Origin: Alphaproteobacteria bacterium
GTDB lineage: Bacteria; Pseudomonadota; Alphaproteobacteria; MPNO01
Assembly: GCA_964291675.2 (NCBI GenBank)
Contig: OZ219866.1
Coordinates: forward strand, 1,440,001-1,504,000
Direction: 5' to 3'
Length of the DNA stretch: 64,000 nucleotides
Of this stretch, positions 1 through 12,278 are shown one piece after another. The position numbers were made by a program, and so were the translations under genes. Below the pieces are notes generated by a model. It saw only the letters and a list, made by a program, of their open reading frames with translations. It had not been told where the DNA came from and did no database searches. The stretch's first letter is position 1. Every line of letters begins with the position of its first letter.

Positions 1-369
<369 letters not shown>

Positions 370-424
370 CTAGGACTGCCCGGACTCCTGTTCAACCCGC
401 CCGCGCGGCGCCTATATTCGGACC

Positions 425-2542
<2,118 letters not shown>

Positions 2543-2651
2543 TCGGCGGTCTGGAAGCCGGAGCCGCCGGTCCCCATATCGTTTCCTGCCGGCCGCCGCC
2601 TCCCCGCCGTGGCGGACGCCCTTCCCGACACTACCGCGCGATGCCCGATCG

Positions 2652-3632
2652 ATGACCTTCCTGTCCCTTGCCGTGGGCTTCGTTCTCCTCTTCTTCGGGG
2701 GCGAGATGGTGGTTCGCGGGGCGGTCGCGCTCGCCCGGCGTTTCGAGGTCTCGCCCCTGGTGATCGGCCTGACCATCGTCGGCTTCGGCACCTCGCTGCC
2801 CGAGCTGCTGGTCAGCCTCAACGCCGCGCTGAGCGGCGCGCCCGGCATCGCGGTCGGCAACGTGATCGGCAGCAACCTCGCCAACATGATGCTGATCCTC
2901 GGTGTCGCCGCGCTGATCTGCCCCATCGCGGTCAATCCGAACGCCGTGCGCCGCGACGGCCTGGTCATGGCGGCGGTCACGGGGATCTTCATCGTCGTCG
3001 CTCTCGGCGGCTCGGCGGAGCGCTACGAAGGCGCGCTGATGCTCGCGGCGCTCGCGGGCTATATCGGGCTGTCGCTGTGGCACGATGCCAGGCTCAACGG
3101 CGGATCGGCGCAGCTCCACCGCGAAGAAGCGGAATCGGTGACCGGGCTGCCCGGGCAGCTCTGGCTGATGGCCCTCTGCATCATCGGCGGCTTCGCGGCC
3201 GTCGGATACGGTGCGGACCTCCTGGTCGAGGGGGCGACCGCGCTGGCCCGCGCCGCCGGGGTGCCGGACGAGGTGATCGGCTTGACCCTCGTCGCGGTCG
3301 GCACCTCGCTGCCGGAGCTTGCCACCGCGATCGTCGCCGCCTATCGCGGCCATGCCGATGTCTGCATCGGCAACGTGATCGGCAGCAACATCTTCAACCT
3401 GTTCGGGATCCTCGGCGTTACCGCGCTCGCCGTGCCGGTGCCGTTCGCCGACAAGATCGTCGATTTCGACCTCTGGGTGCTTGCCGGGGTGACGCTTCTG
3501 CTGCTGCCGCTCCTGTTTACCGGGTGGCGGCTGGCGAGGCTCGAGGCGGCGTTGCTGCTCGCGCTCTACGGCGCCTATGTCGCCTGCCAGTTCTGGGGGA
3601 TGAGCGGGACCTATCCCGGCTTGGGCGCTTGA
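2652..3632 (+). CDS. yrbG: Calcium/sodium antiporter (YrbG/CaCA family)
   Basis: Two GTSLPEL...GNVIGSN alpha-repeats in a highly hydrophobic protein. Confidence 0.92.
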   Translation: MTFLSLAVGFVLLFFGGEMVVRGAVALARRFEVSPLVIGLTIVGFGTSLPELLVSLNAALSGAPGIAVGNVIGSNLANMMLILGVAALICPIAVNPNAVRRDGLVMAAVTGIFIVVALGGSAERYEGALMLAALAGYIGLSLWHDARLNGGSAQLHREEAESVTGLPGQLWLMALCIIGGFAAVGYGADLLVEGATALARAAGVPDEVIGLTLVAVGTSLPELATAIVAAYRGHADVCIGNVIGSNIFNLFGILGVTALAVPVPFADKIVDFDLWVLAGVTLLLLPLLFTGWRLARLEAALLLALYGAYVACQFWGMSGTYPGLGA

Positions 3633-3663
3633 TCCGGCGACGCGGAGGCGCGATCTTGCAGCC

Positions 3664-4437
3664 ATGTCGGAGACGGAATCGGGCGCCGCGCTGGTCACCG
3701 GCGCGGCGCGGCGGATCGGCCGGGCGATCGCCGAGAGCCTGGCGCGGCGCGGCCACGCGGTCGCCATCCACTACCGCGCCTCGGCCGAGGATGCGGCCCG
3801 CGCGGTGGACGCGATCGAGGGCGCCGGCGGCCGGGCGGTCGCGCTCGCCGCCGATCTCGCCGACGAGCCGGAGACCGGGACGCTGATCGCCCGCGCGGAG
3901 GCGGCGCTCGGCCCGGTGACGGTGCTGGTCAACAACGCCTCGGTGTTCGAGCGCGACAGCGTGGCCACCGCCAGCCGGGAGAGCTGGGACCGGCATATGG
4001 AGACCAATCTGCGCGCCCCCTTCGTGCTGATGCAGGCGATGGCGGCGGCGCTGCCCGCCGAGCGCACCGGCAATATCGTCAACATTCTCGACGAGAGGGT
4101 GTGGAACCTGACCCCGCATTTCGTCTCCTACACCCTGGCCAAGGCCGGTCTGTGGACGCTGACCCGGACCATGGCGCTGGCCTTGGCGCCGCGCATCCGG
4201 GTCAACGGCGTCGGTCCCGGACCGACCCTGCCCAGCCCGCGGCAGAGCCCGGAGCAGTTCGACCGCCAGGCGGGGATGATGCCGCTCGGCCGCGGGACCT
4301 CGCCGGCGGAGGTGGCCGGGGCGGTCGAATTCATCCTCCGCGCGCCGGCGATGACCGGCCAGATGATCGCGCTCGACGGCGGGCAGCATCTCGGATGGGC
4401 CCAGCCGCCGAGAGGAACGGAGCCGGTGTCCGAATGA
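3664..4437 (+). CDS. SDR oxidoreductase, pteridine reductase/FolM-like
   Basis: TGAARRIG, NNAS, YTLAK catalytic motif; overlaps folB start. Confidence 0.85.
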   Translation: MSETESGAALVTGAARRIGRAIAESLARRGHAVAIHYRASAEDAARAVDAIEGAGGRAVALAADLADEPETGTLIARAEAALGPVTVLVNNASVFERDSVATASRESWDRHMETNLRAPFVLMQAMAAALPAERTGNIVNILDERVWNLTPHFVSYTLAKAGLWTLTRTMALALAPRIRVNGVGPGPTLPSPRQSPEQFDRQAGMMPLGRGTSPAEVAGAVEFILRAPAMTGQMIALDGGQHLGWAQPPRGTEPVSE

Positions 4438-4859
4438 AGATCCTGCACCCGCCGCGCCCCGGCGCGGTCGCTTCCAACGCAGCCGGTGCGCCGGCGCCGA
4501 CGCGCCGCATGTTCGTCCGCGACCTGGTGCTCGACTGCCTGATCGGCGTCCACCGCTACGAGCGCGACGGCCGCCAGCGGGTGCGCATCAACCTCACGCT
4601 CGACGTGCTGGAGACCGGCCCCTCCGAGCGCGATCGCCTGTCGGATGTCGTCAATTACGACACGCTGGTGGCGCGGATCCGCGCGCTGGCCGGGGCCGGG
4701 CACGTCAACCTCGTCGAGACTTTCGCCGAACGGATCGCCGCCATCTGCCTCGACGACCGCCGTATCCGGCGTGCTGCGGTCAGGGTCGAGAAGCTCGACG
4801 TGTTCGAAGACGCCGAGAGCGTCGGCGTCGAAATCGAAAGGGAAAACAGCGTCCTGTGA
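4434..4859 (+). CDS. folB: Dihydroneopterin aldolase
   Basis: ATG at 4434 (ATGA overlap); IGVHRYER...QRVRINL...VVNYD...LVETFAERIA...VEKLD...VGVEIER. Confidence 0.9.
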   Translation: MKILHPPRPGAVASNAAGAPAPTRRMFVRDLVLDCLIGVHRYERDGRQRVRINLTLDVLETGPSERDRLSDVVNYDTLVARIRALAGAGHVNLVETFAERIAAICLDDRRIRRAAVRVEKLDVFEDAESVGVEIERENSVL

Positions 4860-4899
4860 CGCCACGTATAGCGTTCCGTGATCGCCATGAAGCCAGTCC

Positions 4900-5135
4900 A
4901 ACGGTTTTTTTCACAGCCCCGGCGTGCGCGTCGAGACCGGCTACAATTCCGGCGACTTTTGTGGCCTGTAATGTTTTTTTAGTGCTTGACTTTTGATTTT
5001 CTATTATAAATCAATGACTTGAAGAATCTGCCTATTTTTTGGGCAAAATGGGGAAGCGCCTTGATTTTGTTGACTGACTCCCCCCGCACGGCGTTTTGTC
5101 AACAAAGTTTTCCACAGCTTCCGTGGACATTCGTG
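4900..5135. promoter_or_regulatory. AT-rich element with DnaA boxes and an IHF site (oriC-, DARS- or datA-like)
   Basis: TTTTTCACA 4907-4915, TTGTCAACA 5096-5104, TTTTCCACA 5108-5116, weak inverted box 5122-5130; AATCAATGACTTG 5009-5021 matches WATCAANNNNTTR; GANTC sites at 5024 and 5076. Confidence 0.6.
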
Positions 5136-5199
5136 CGGCATTTCGACGCATCCGTGCGGCGCCGGGGATCCGCGCCCCGGGGCCGGGGCTAGGCGGACG

Positions 5200-7125
5200 A
5201 TGGCCGCACCGGCGGGCGGACCCGATGCGCGGCGGCGCGCGGCGGGCGACGGTCCGCTCGAAATCCGCTGGGCCGAGACGCTCGCCCGGGGGGTCGAGGC
5301 GATTGCCGCCGAGGTCCGGGTTCTGCCCGCGCGGCCGGGCATCTACCGGATGCTCGACGCGGGCGGCGCGGCGCTCTACGTGGGCAAGGCGAAGAACCTG
5401 CGCAAGCGGGTGAGCGCCTATACCAGGCCCGGCCGCCTGCCGCCGAGGCTGCACCGGATGATCGCCGAGACCCAGTCCCTCGAGGCGATCACCACCCATA
5501 CCGAGGCCGAGGCGCTGCTGCTCGAGGCCAACCTGATCAAGGAGCACAAGCCGCGCTACAACATCCTGATGCGGGACGACAAGTCGTTCCCCTATATCCT
5601 GCTGACCGCCGACCACGACTGGCCGCAGCTGCTCAAGCACCGCGGCGCGCGGAGCCGCAAGGGGGAGTATTTCGGACCCTTCGCCTCCGCCGGGGCGGTC
5701 AACCGCACGCTGCTCACCTTGCAGAAGGTGTTTCCGCTGCGCTCCTGTTCGGATGCCGTGTTCGCCTCGCGCACGCGGCCCTGCCTGCAATACCAGATCA
5801 AGCGCTGCTCGGGACCCTGCGTCGGCCGCATCGGGGCGGAGGCCTATGACGAGATCGTCGCCCAGGCGCGCGAATTCCTGAGCGGGCGGAGCCACGGCTT
5901 GCAGCAGCGGCTGTCGCGGCAGATGGAGACGGCGAGCCAGGCCCTCGAATACGAGACCGCGGCGGTCTATCGCGACCGCATCCGTGCGCTGTCGGAAGTC
6001 CAGGCACGCCAGGACATCAACGTGCGCTCGCTGGGGACGGCGGACGTCTTCGCCCTCGCCCAGACCGCCGGGCAGAGCTGCATCCAGGTCTTCTTCTACC
6101 GCGCCGGACAGAATTTCGGCAGCCGGACCTATTTCCCCGCCCAGGCCAGGGACGAACCGCCCGACCGCGTGCTCGGCGCCTTTCTCGGCCAGTTCTACAC
6201 CGACAAGACGCCGCCCCCGCTGGTCCTCGCCAGCCACCGCCCGCAAGGGGTCGACCTGCTGGCCGAGGCGCTGTCGATCGCCGCCCGGCGCCGCGTGCGC
6301 GTCGCGACGCCCGAGCGGGGCGGGCGCCGCAAGCTGATGGATCAGGCGGTGGAGAACGCCCGCGATTCGCTCGGCCGGCGGCTCGCCGGGAGCGCCGCCC
6401 AGCGCCGCCTGCTCGATCGCGTGGCCGAGCTGTTTGCGCTCGACGGGGCGCCGCGCCGGATCGAGGTGTTCGACAACAGCCACATCTCCGGCACCGACGC
6501 GCTCGGCGCGATGGTCGTCGCCGGGCCGGAAGGCTTCGAGAAGGCCGCCTATCGCAAGTTCAACATCCGCTCGACCGACATCGCGCCGGGCGACGACTAC
6601 GCGATGATGCGCGAGGTGCTGCAACGCCGCTACGCCCGCGCGCTCCGCGAGGATCCGGGCCGGGAGGGCGGCGCGTGGCCCGATCTCGCGATCGTCGACG
6701 GCGGGCCGGGCCAGCTTTCGGCGGCGGGCGAGGTGCTGGCCGATCTCGGCATCGAGGACCTGCCGCTGGTCTGCATCGCCAAGGGTCCGGATCGCCGCGC
6801 CGGGCGGGAGCGCTTCTACCTGGCCGGGCGCCGGCCCTTCACCCTGCCGCCGGACGATCCGGTGCTCTATTTCATGCAGCGCCTGCGCGACGAGGCGCAC
6901 CGCTTCGCCATCGGCTCGCACCGGGCGCGCCGGTCGCGGGCGATCCGGCGGTCGCCGCTCGACGACATCGACGGCATCGGCGCCAGGCGCAAGCGCTCGC
7001 TGCTCAACCATTTCGGCTCGGCCGCCGCCGTGGCGCGGGCGGGGCTCGCCGACCTTGAGACGGTAGAGGGGATCAGCAAGACCGTCGCGAGGCGGGTCTA
7101 CGATCACTTTCACGGCGAGCCCTGA
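5200..7125 (+). CDS. uvrC: Excinuclease ABC subunit C
   Basis: GIY-YIG (PGIYRM...LYVGKAKNL), [37 protein letters not shown], HhH. Confidence 0.97.
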   Translation: MAAPAGGPDARRRAAGDGPLEIRWAETLARGVEAIAAEVRVLPARPGIYRMLDAGGAALYVGKAKNLRKRVSAYTRPGRLPPRLHRMIAETQSLEAITTHTEAEALLLEANLIKEHKPRYNILMRDDKSFPYILLTADHDWPQLLKHRGARSRKGEYFGPFASAGAVNRTLLTLQKVFPLRSCSDAVFASRTRPCLQYQIKRCSGPCVGRIGAEAYDEIVAQAREFLSGRSHGLQQRLSRQMETASQALEYETAAVYRDRIRALSEVQARQDINVRSLGTADVFALAQTAGQSCIQVFFYRAGQNFGSRTYFPAQARDEPPDRVLGAFLGQFYTDKTPPPLVLASHRPQGVDLLAEALSIAARRRVRVATPERGGRRKLMDQAVENARDSLGRRLAGSAAQRRLLDRVAELFALDGAPRRIEVFDNSHISGTDALGAMVVAGPEGFEKAAYRKFNIRSTDIAPGDDYAMMREVLQRRYARALREDPGREGGAWPDLAIVDGGPGQLSAAGEVLADLGIEDLPLVCIAKGPDRRAGRERFYLAGRRPFTLPPDDPVLYFMQRLRDEAHRFAIGSHRARRSRAIRRSPLDDIDGIGARRKRSLLNHFGSAAAVARAGLADLETVEGISKTVARRVYDHFHGEP

Positions 7126-7132
7126 CCGGCCG

Positions 7133-7750
7133 ATGATCAACATCCCCAACCTGCTGACGCTGTTCCGCATCGCCCTGATCCCGGTGCTGGTGGCGTCGTT
7201 CTATGTCGGCGGGGATGCCGGGAGCCGACTCGCCTTCGCCGTCTTCGTGCTCGCCGGCGTCACCGATTTTCTCGACGGCTATATCGCGCGGCGGCTCGAC
7301 CAGCGCTCGGCGCTCGGCCGTTTCCTCGACCCCGTCGCCGACAAGCTGGTGGTCGCCGCGGCGCTGCTGATGATGGTCGGGTTCGGCCAGATCGGCGGCC
7401 TCTCGGTGCTGCCGGCGCTGGTCATCCTGTGCCGCGAGATCCTGGTCTCGGGCCTGCGCGAGTATCTCGCCGGGATCGACGTCTCCATGCCGGTCAGCCG
7501 GCTTGCCAAATGGAAGACCGCGATCCAGATGACCGCCATAGCGATCCTGCTGCTCGGCGGGGCGGGGCCGTGGAACGTTCCCTGGACGGCGATCGGCGAG
7601 GTCGGGCTGTGGGCGGCGGCGGTGCTGACACTGGTCACCGGATACGACTATCTTCGCTCCGGGCTGCGCCACATCGCCGGCGAGGATGCCGGGAAGGGCG
7701 GTATCGAAACGGCGGGTGCGCCCGAGAGCGGGGCGGAAGAGCAGGGCTGA
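7133..7750 (+). CDS. pgsA: CDP-diacylglycerol--glycerol-3-phosphate 3-phosphatidyltransferase
   Basis: NIPNLLTLFRI, TDFLDGYIAR...GRFLDPVADK motif; conserved position after uvrC. Confidence 0.95.
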   Translation: MINIPNLLTLFRIALIPVLVASFYVGGDAGSRLAFAVFVLAGVTDFLDGYIARRLDQRSALGRFLDPVADKLVVAAALLMMVGFGQIGGLSVLPALVILCREILVSGLREYLAGIDVSMPVSRLAKWKTAIQMTAIAILLLGGAGPWNVPWTAIGEVGLWAAAVLTLVTGYDYLRSGLRHIAGEDAGKGGIETAGAPESGAEEQG

Positions 7751-7751
7751 G

Positions 7752-8279
7752 ATGACGCACGGTGCAGTGCTCGGGATCGTCGGCTGGAGCGGCAGCGGCA
7801 AGACGTCGCTGGTCCGCCGCCTGCTGCACGAGCTCGTCGGGCGCGGCATCTCGGTCTCCACCATCAAGCACGCCCATGCCGGGTTCGACATCGACACCCC
7901 CGGCAAGGACTCGCATGTCCACCGCGAGGCCGGCGCCCGCGAGGTGGTGGTGTCCTCGGTCACCCGCTTCGCCCTGATCCACGAGAACCGCGACGAGCCG
8001 GAGCCCCGGATCGACGGGTTGCTGGCCCGCATGGCGCCGGTCGACCTGGTGTTGATCGAGGGCTTCAAGAGCGAGCCGCATGACAAGCTCGAAGTCCACC
8101 GCCCGGCGGTCGGCAAGCCGGCGCTCTACCCGGGCGACTCCGACGTGGTTGCGCTCGCCACCGACGCCGAGGCGGATGACGCCGCCATCCCGGTGCTCGA
8201 CCTCAACGACACCGCGGCGATCGCCGATTTCATCGTCGCCCATTGCGGGCTGCGGACCGCCGCCAGGGGGGCGGCCTGA
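7752..8279 (+). CDS. mobB: Molybdopterin-guanine dinucleotide biosynthesis protein B
   Basis: GWSGSGKT, IKHAH, DTPGKDSH, LIEGFK; start moved to ATG 7752. Confidence 0.93.
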   Translation: MTHGAVLGIVGWSGSGKTSLVRRLLHELVGRGISVSTIKHAHAGFDIDTPGKDSHVHREAGAREVVVSSVTRFALIHENRDEPEPRIDGLLARMAPVDLVLIEGFKSEPHDKLEVHRPAVGKPALYPGDSDVVALATDAEADDAAIPVLDLNDTAAIADFIVAHCGLRTAARGAA

Positions 8280-8281
8280 CC

Positions 8282-9535
8282 ATGGCCCAGCTTTCCGACG
8301 ACTGCTTCGCCTTCGGCGGCACGCTGATGACCGCCGGCGAGGCGCTGGCGCTGCTCGGCGAACGGCTCGACGTCGTGGTCGGGAGCGAGACCGTGCCGCT
8401 CAGGGCGGCGCGCGGGCGGATCCTCGCCGCCGACCTGACCGCCACCTTCCCGGTGCCGCCGCACGACAACGCCGCCGTCGACGGCTACGCGGTCTATTTC
8501 GACGATCTCGACGGCGGCGGCGAAACCCGGCTTCGGGTGGGCGCGCGGATCGCCGCCGGGCACAGCGTCGACCGTCCGGCGCCGCGCGGCGAGGCGGTGC
8601 GCATCTTCACCGGCGCGCCGATGCCGCCCGGCCCCGACACCGTGCTGATGCAGGAGGATTGCGCCCGGGACGGCGACCGCGTGGTCATCCCGCCCGGGAT
8701 CAAGCGCGGCGCCAACCGGCGCCGTGCCGGCGAGGACATCGAGGCGGGCGCGGTGGTGCTGACGCGGGGGCGGCGGCTGCGCGCCCAGGATGTCGGGCTC
8801 GCCGCCTCGATCGGCCGCGCGGCGCTAGAGGTCTACGCGCCGCTCAGCGTCGCCCTGTTCTCCACCGGCGACGAGATCCGCGAGGTGACCGACGCGCTGC
8901 CGCCCGGCTGCGTCTACGACGCCAACCGCTACGCCCTGGCCGGGCTGCTCGACGGGCTCGGCTGCGAGGTCGACGATCTCGGTATATTGCAGGACGACGA
9001 GCGGGCGGTGCGCGAGGCGCTCGCCGGGGCGGCCGGCGGGCACGATTTGATCATGACCTCGGGCGGGGTCTCGACCGGCGAGGAGGACCACGTGCGCGCC
9101 GCCGTCGAGGCGCTCGGCGCGATCCATTTCTGGCGCCTCGCGATCCGCCCCGGCCGGCCGCTGGCGCTGGGCCAGGTCGGCCGGGTGCCGTTCATCGGGC
9201 TCCCCGGCAACCCGGTCGCGGTGATGGTGACCTTCATGCGCTTCGCCCGTCCGGCGATCCTAAAGCTCTCCGGGGCGGTCGATGCGGCGCCGAAGACCTT
9301 TCCGGTGCGGGCCGGCTTCGCCTACCGCAAGAAGGTCTCGCGCCGCGAGTGGCTGCGGGTGATCCTGCACACCGGCGAGGACGGCATGCCCTATGTCACC
9401 AAGTTTCCGCGCGACGGCGCGGGCATCCTGTCCTCGATGGTCGGCGCCGACGGGCTGCTCGAGCTGCCCGAGGAGCTCGCCGCCGTCGAGGAGGGGACGA
9501 TGGTCGATTTCCTGCCGTTCAGCGAGGTGAGCTGA
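8282..9535 (+). CDS. moeA: Molybdopterin molybdotransferase
   Basis: MAQLSDDCF start; NAAVDGYAV, IFTGAPMP, STGDE, SGGVSTGEED, GLPGNPV. Confidence 0.95.
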   Translation: MAQLSDDCFAFGGTLMTAGEALALLGERLDVVVGSETVPLRAARGRILAADLTATFPVPPHDNAAVDGYAVYFDDLDGGGETRLRVGARIAAGHSVDRPAPRGEAVRIFTGAPMPPGPDTVLMQEDCARDGDRVVIPPGIKRGANRRRAGEDIEAGAVVLTRGRRLRAQDVGLAASIGRAALEVYAPLSVALFSTGDEIREVTDALPPGCVYDANRYALAGLLDGLGCEVDDLGILQDDERAVREALAGAAGGHDLIMTSGGVSTGEEDHVRAAVEALGAIHFWRLAIRPGRPLALGQVGRVPFIGLPGNPVAVMVTFMRFARPAILKLSGAVDAAPKTFPVRAGFAYRKKVSRREWLRVILHTGEDGMPYVTKFPRDGAGILSSMVGADGLLELPEELAAVEEGTMVDFLPFSEVS

Positions 9536-9786
9536 TGCAAATGCTCTATTTCGGTTGGGTGCGACAGCGCATCGGCGTGCCGGCCGAGACCGTAGCGCCG
9601 CCCGCCGGGGTCACCGATGTCGAGACGCTGATCGACTGGCTGAGCGGCCGCAACGACGCCTATGCCGAGGCGCTCCGGAACCGCGAGGCGCTGCGCGTCG
9701 CGGTCAACCAGGAGCTCTGCGAGTTCGACAGCAAGGTGGGCGCCGACGACGAGGTGGCGCTGTTCCCGCCGATGACCGGGGGCTGA
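9535..9786 (+). CDS. moaD: Molybdopterin synthase sulfur carrier subunit
   Basis: MQMLYFGWVRQ...VAVNQ...DEVALFPPMTGG, C-terminal GG. Confidence 0.95.
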   Translation: MQMLYFGWVRQRIGVPAETVAPPAGVTDVETLIDWLSGRNDAYAEALRNREALRVAVNQELCEFDSKVGADDEVALFPPMTGG

Positions 9787-9788
9787 CG

Positions 9789-10262
9789 GTGATCCGGGTC
9801 CAGGAAGAGGATTTCGACGTCGGCGCCGAGCTCGACCGCCTCTCCGCCGAGGCCAGGGGCGCGGGCGCGGTGAGCTGCTTCGTCGGGCTGGTGCGCGACT
9901 TCTCCGGCGGCGGGCCGGTGAGCGCGATGACGCTCGAACACTATCCCGGCATGACCGAACGCCAGCTCGCCGGGATCGAGGCCGAGGCGCGGTCGCGCTG
10001 GCCGCTGGACGCGGTGCTCATCGTCCACCGCTACGGCCGGCTCGAGCCGGGCGCGCGCATCGTGCTCTGCGCCACCGCGTCGGCGCATCGCCGGGCGGCG
10101 ATCGATGCGTGCAGCTTCCTGATCGACTGGCTCAAGACCAAGGCGCCGTTCTGGAAGCTGGAGGAGACGCCGGACGGCGAGCGCTGGGTCGATTCCGACC
10201 CCGACGACGCTCTGGCCGAGGAGCGCTGGGCCGCGCCCGGGGCCCGGCGCGGCGATGGCTGA
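9789..10262 (+). CDS. moaE: Molybdopterin synthase catalytic subunit
   Basis: GTG start; FVGLVRD, LEHYPGMT, HRYG, LKTKAPFWKLE. Confidence 0.95.
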   Translation: MIRVQEEDFDVGAELDRLSAEARGAGAVSCFVGLVRDFSGGGPVSAMTLEHYPGMTERQLAGIEAEARSRWPLDAVLIVHRYGRLEPGARIVLCATASAHRRAAIDACSFLIDWLKTKAPFWKLEETPDGERWVDSDPDDALAEERWAAPGARRGDG

Positions 10263-11061
10263 GCCGACGGCGTCGATCCGGGCGCTTTACGGGTCGGACG
10301 GGCTGGTCGAGCGCATCCTCGCCGCGCTCGCCGCCGACGGCCAGGACGTGGGCAACCCGACGGTCGAGATGTTCCAGCATGTCGACCAGCTGCATGGCGG
10401 CGGTCTCGCCCAGACCGAGGCGCTGTGCGGGCTCGCCGGCGTGGCGGAGGGCATGCGGGTGCTCGACGCCGGTTGCGGCATCGGCGGTTCGTCGCGCTAT
10501 CTCGCCCATGTCCATGGCTGCGCGGTCGCGGCGATCGACGTGACGCGCGAATATGTCGAGGCGGCGGATCGCCTGAACGCGCTCTGCCGGCTCGACGGGC
10601 GGATCGCGACGCGGGAGGGCAGCGTCACCGACCTGCCCTACCCGGACGGCAGCTTCGATCTCGTCTGGTGCCAGAACGTGTCGATGAACGTCGCCGACAA
10701 GGCGCGCATGTTCGCCGAGGCCCACCGCGTGCTGGTCCCCGGCGGGCGCTACGCGCTGAGCCACGCGGCCTCTGGCCCGGCGGGCGGGCCGCACTACCCG
10801 CTGCCCTGGGCGCGGGATGCGTCCTACAGCTTCCCCGGCACGCCCGACGAAATCCTCGACGCCCTCGCGGCGGCCGGCTTCCGCGTCGTCGAGAACCGCG
10901 GCGAGGGCGCCGTCGGCGGCCAGCGCGGCCAGCGCCCGCGCCCCGGGCTCGGCGCCGGGATCGCGCTCGGCGGGGATTTGCGCGAACGCCTGCTCAACTC
11001 CATCCGCTCCGCAGAGGAGGGCAGGCTGGTCGGCATGCTGGTGATCGCCGAGCGGGGGTGA
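10255..11061 (+). CDS. Class I SAM-dependent methyltransferase
   Basis: VLDAGCGIGG motif I, LPYPDGSFD, RVLVPGG. Confidence 0.88.
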   Translation: MAEPTASIRALYGSDGLVERILAALAADGQDVGNPTVEMFQHVDQLHGGGLAQTEALCGLAGVAEGMRVLDAGCGIGGSSRYLAHVHGCAVAAIDVTREYVEAADRLNALCRLDGRIATREGSVTDLPYPDGSFDLVWCQNVSMNVADKARMFAEAHRVLVPGGRYALSHAASGPAGGPHYPLPWARDASYSFPGTPDEILDALAAAGFRVVENRGEGAVGGQRGQRPRPGLGAGIALGGDLRERLLNSIRSAEEGRLVGMLVIAERG

Positions 11062-11064
11062 GGC
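11039..11064 (+). repeat. Left copy of 26-bp direct repeat bounding the kinase/DUF3037 islet
   Basis: TGGTGATCGCCGAGCGGGGGTGAGGC, 23/26 identical to 14308-14333; includes the methyltransferase stop codon. Confidence 0.75.
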
Positions 11065-11090
11065 GAACCGCAGCAAGGCGGTTCGCTCAC
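11058..11090. terminator. GC-rich hairpin between convergent genes
   Basis: GCGAACCGC-agcaag-GCGGTTCGC perfect 9-bp stem (11063-11086); no U-tract. Confidence 0.4.
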
Positions 11091-11163
11091 GGACGCACCG
11101 GTGCGGGGAATGCGGTCGGACTCTGCCAGTCTCCGACCGGCCGCTTTCTTGGCCGCGTGGGCG

Positions 11164-12021
11164 CTATCGAGTGGGCTCACTCCGATGCGCCCGGAATTCG
11201 CCTTCTAGCGCCGTCACAAGGTCGTCCGCGTCGCTCTCGTCCAACACCTCCGCGGTGAAGCGAGCGCCCTCCAGTATTCGTTTGGCTGCCTTGTAGGCAG
11301 GTATGAGGGCGGCATTTCGAGGAAGGCCCAAGAAGAAATGCAGGTCGATATCCTCGCTCTTTCCTTCCCACACAGCGGCGAGATGGCCTCTCCAACGCCT
11401 TGCCTTGTCCTTGATGCGGTCGGCGTCGGCGAGGTCGAATGACACGGGCTCATAGGCGTGCCAGCGACCGTTCTTCCAAGCGTTCTTGAACGCGATCCGA
11501 TCCTGCGTTCCCGTGACCGTTTTCGGCTCGAACGGAACGAAGACCTCCCGCTCGGTCAACGCCTCGAAGATCGGCCGCCATACGTCCTCGTCCGTGCGCC
11601 GCCGTTCGACCCTGCTGTCATAGTGGGCCACGTAGCGTTCGTAGAGACGCTCGAAGGTCTTGGCCGGATCGGTTGTCAGGCCGGTGCCCGCCGGAGACCA
11701 CTGCAGGGCGCTGTCATCGTCGGGAAGAAGCTTCAGAGCGAGACTTCTGGCGTCGACTTCCCCGTGCAAGAGACGCTGGCCCTTCGTCCGCCTGGCGACA
11801 TCCGCGAATCCGCGATCAACAGCCTTCATCGCCGAGACGAAGGCTTGGCGGTCCAGGTCCGGAAACACATGCCGGAGACGCCAAACTGTCTTGCGGGTCC
11901 TTACTTCGAAATAGTCCCCTGATCGGACGTGCATGACCACGCCGACATTCAGCGCCTCGCCTGACACCACGTCATGCACATACCGCAGGATCGTATAGCT
12001 GTAGGCTTGTTTCTCGGTCAT
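11164..12021 (-). CDS. DUF3037-domain protein (partner of HipA-like kinase)
   Basis: N-terminal YSYTILRYVHDVVSGEALNVGVV resembles the DUF3037 pattern; ATG overlaps the kinase stop (ATGA at 12018-12021). Confidence 0.75.
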   Translation of the reverse strand: MTEKQAYSYTILRYVHDVVSGEALNVGVVMHVRSGDYFEVRTRKTVWRLRHVFPDLDRQAFVSAMKAVDRGFADVARRTKGQRLLHGEVDARSLALKLLPDDDSALQWSPAGTGLTTDPAKTFERLYERYVAHYDSRVERRRTDEDVWRPIFEALTEREVFVPFEPKTVTGTQDRIAFKNAWKNGRWHAYEPVSFDLADADRIKDKARRWRGHLAAVWEGKSEDIDLHFFLGLPRNAALIPAYKAAKRILEGARFTAEVLDESDADDLVTALEGEFRAHRSEPTR

Positions 12022-12278
12022 TTCAGCACTCGCTCTATTTCGGCGATGACCCCGTCTATGTTGTCTCTGGCGCGTGCGATCTGCGTCAGCGCCTTATCGA
12101 CCGCAGGGAGCGCCGGGCTCCATTCCGGCGGGATGCCGGCACGATACTCTTCCAACCGAGCATCGGACACCCCGGACCATATGGTCGGCAACGCGGCAAC
12201 ATCGAGGTCTCGGTGCTTGAGTCCCGCGCAAAAGATATGCCCGTCCGGCTGATCCAGCCAGTCCAGGCCACCCGTCAG

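Noticed and set aside
4860-5199. Firm oriC call or CtrA site
   Set aside because: No TTAA-N7-TTAA seen and no dnaA/hemE/parAB context; left as an oriC/DARS-like hypothesis
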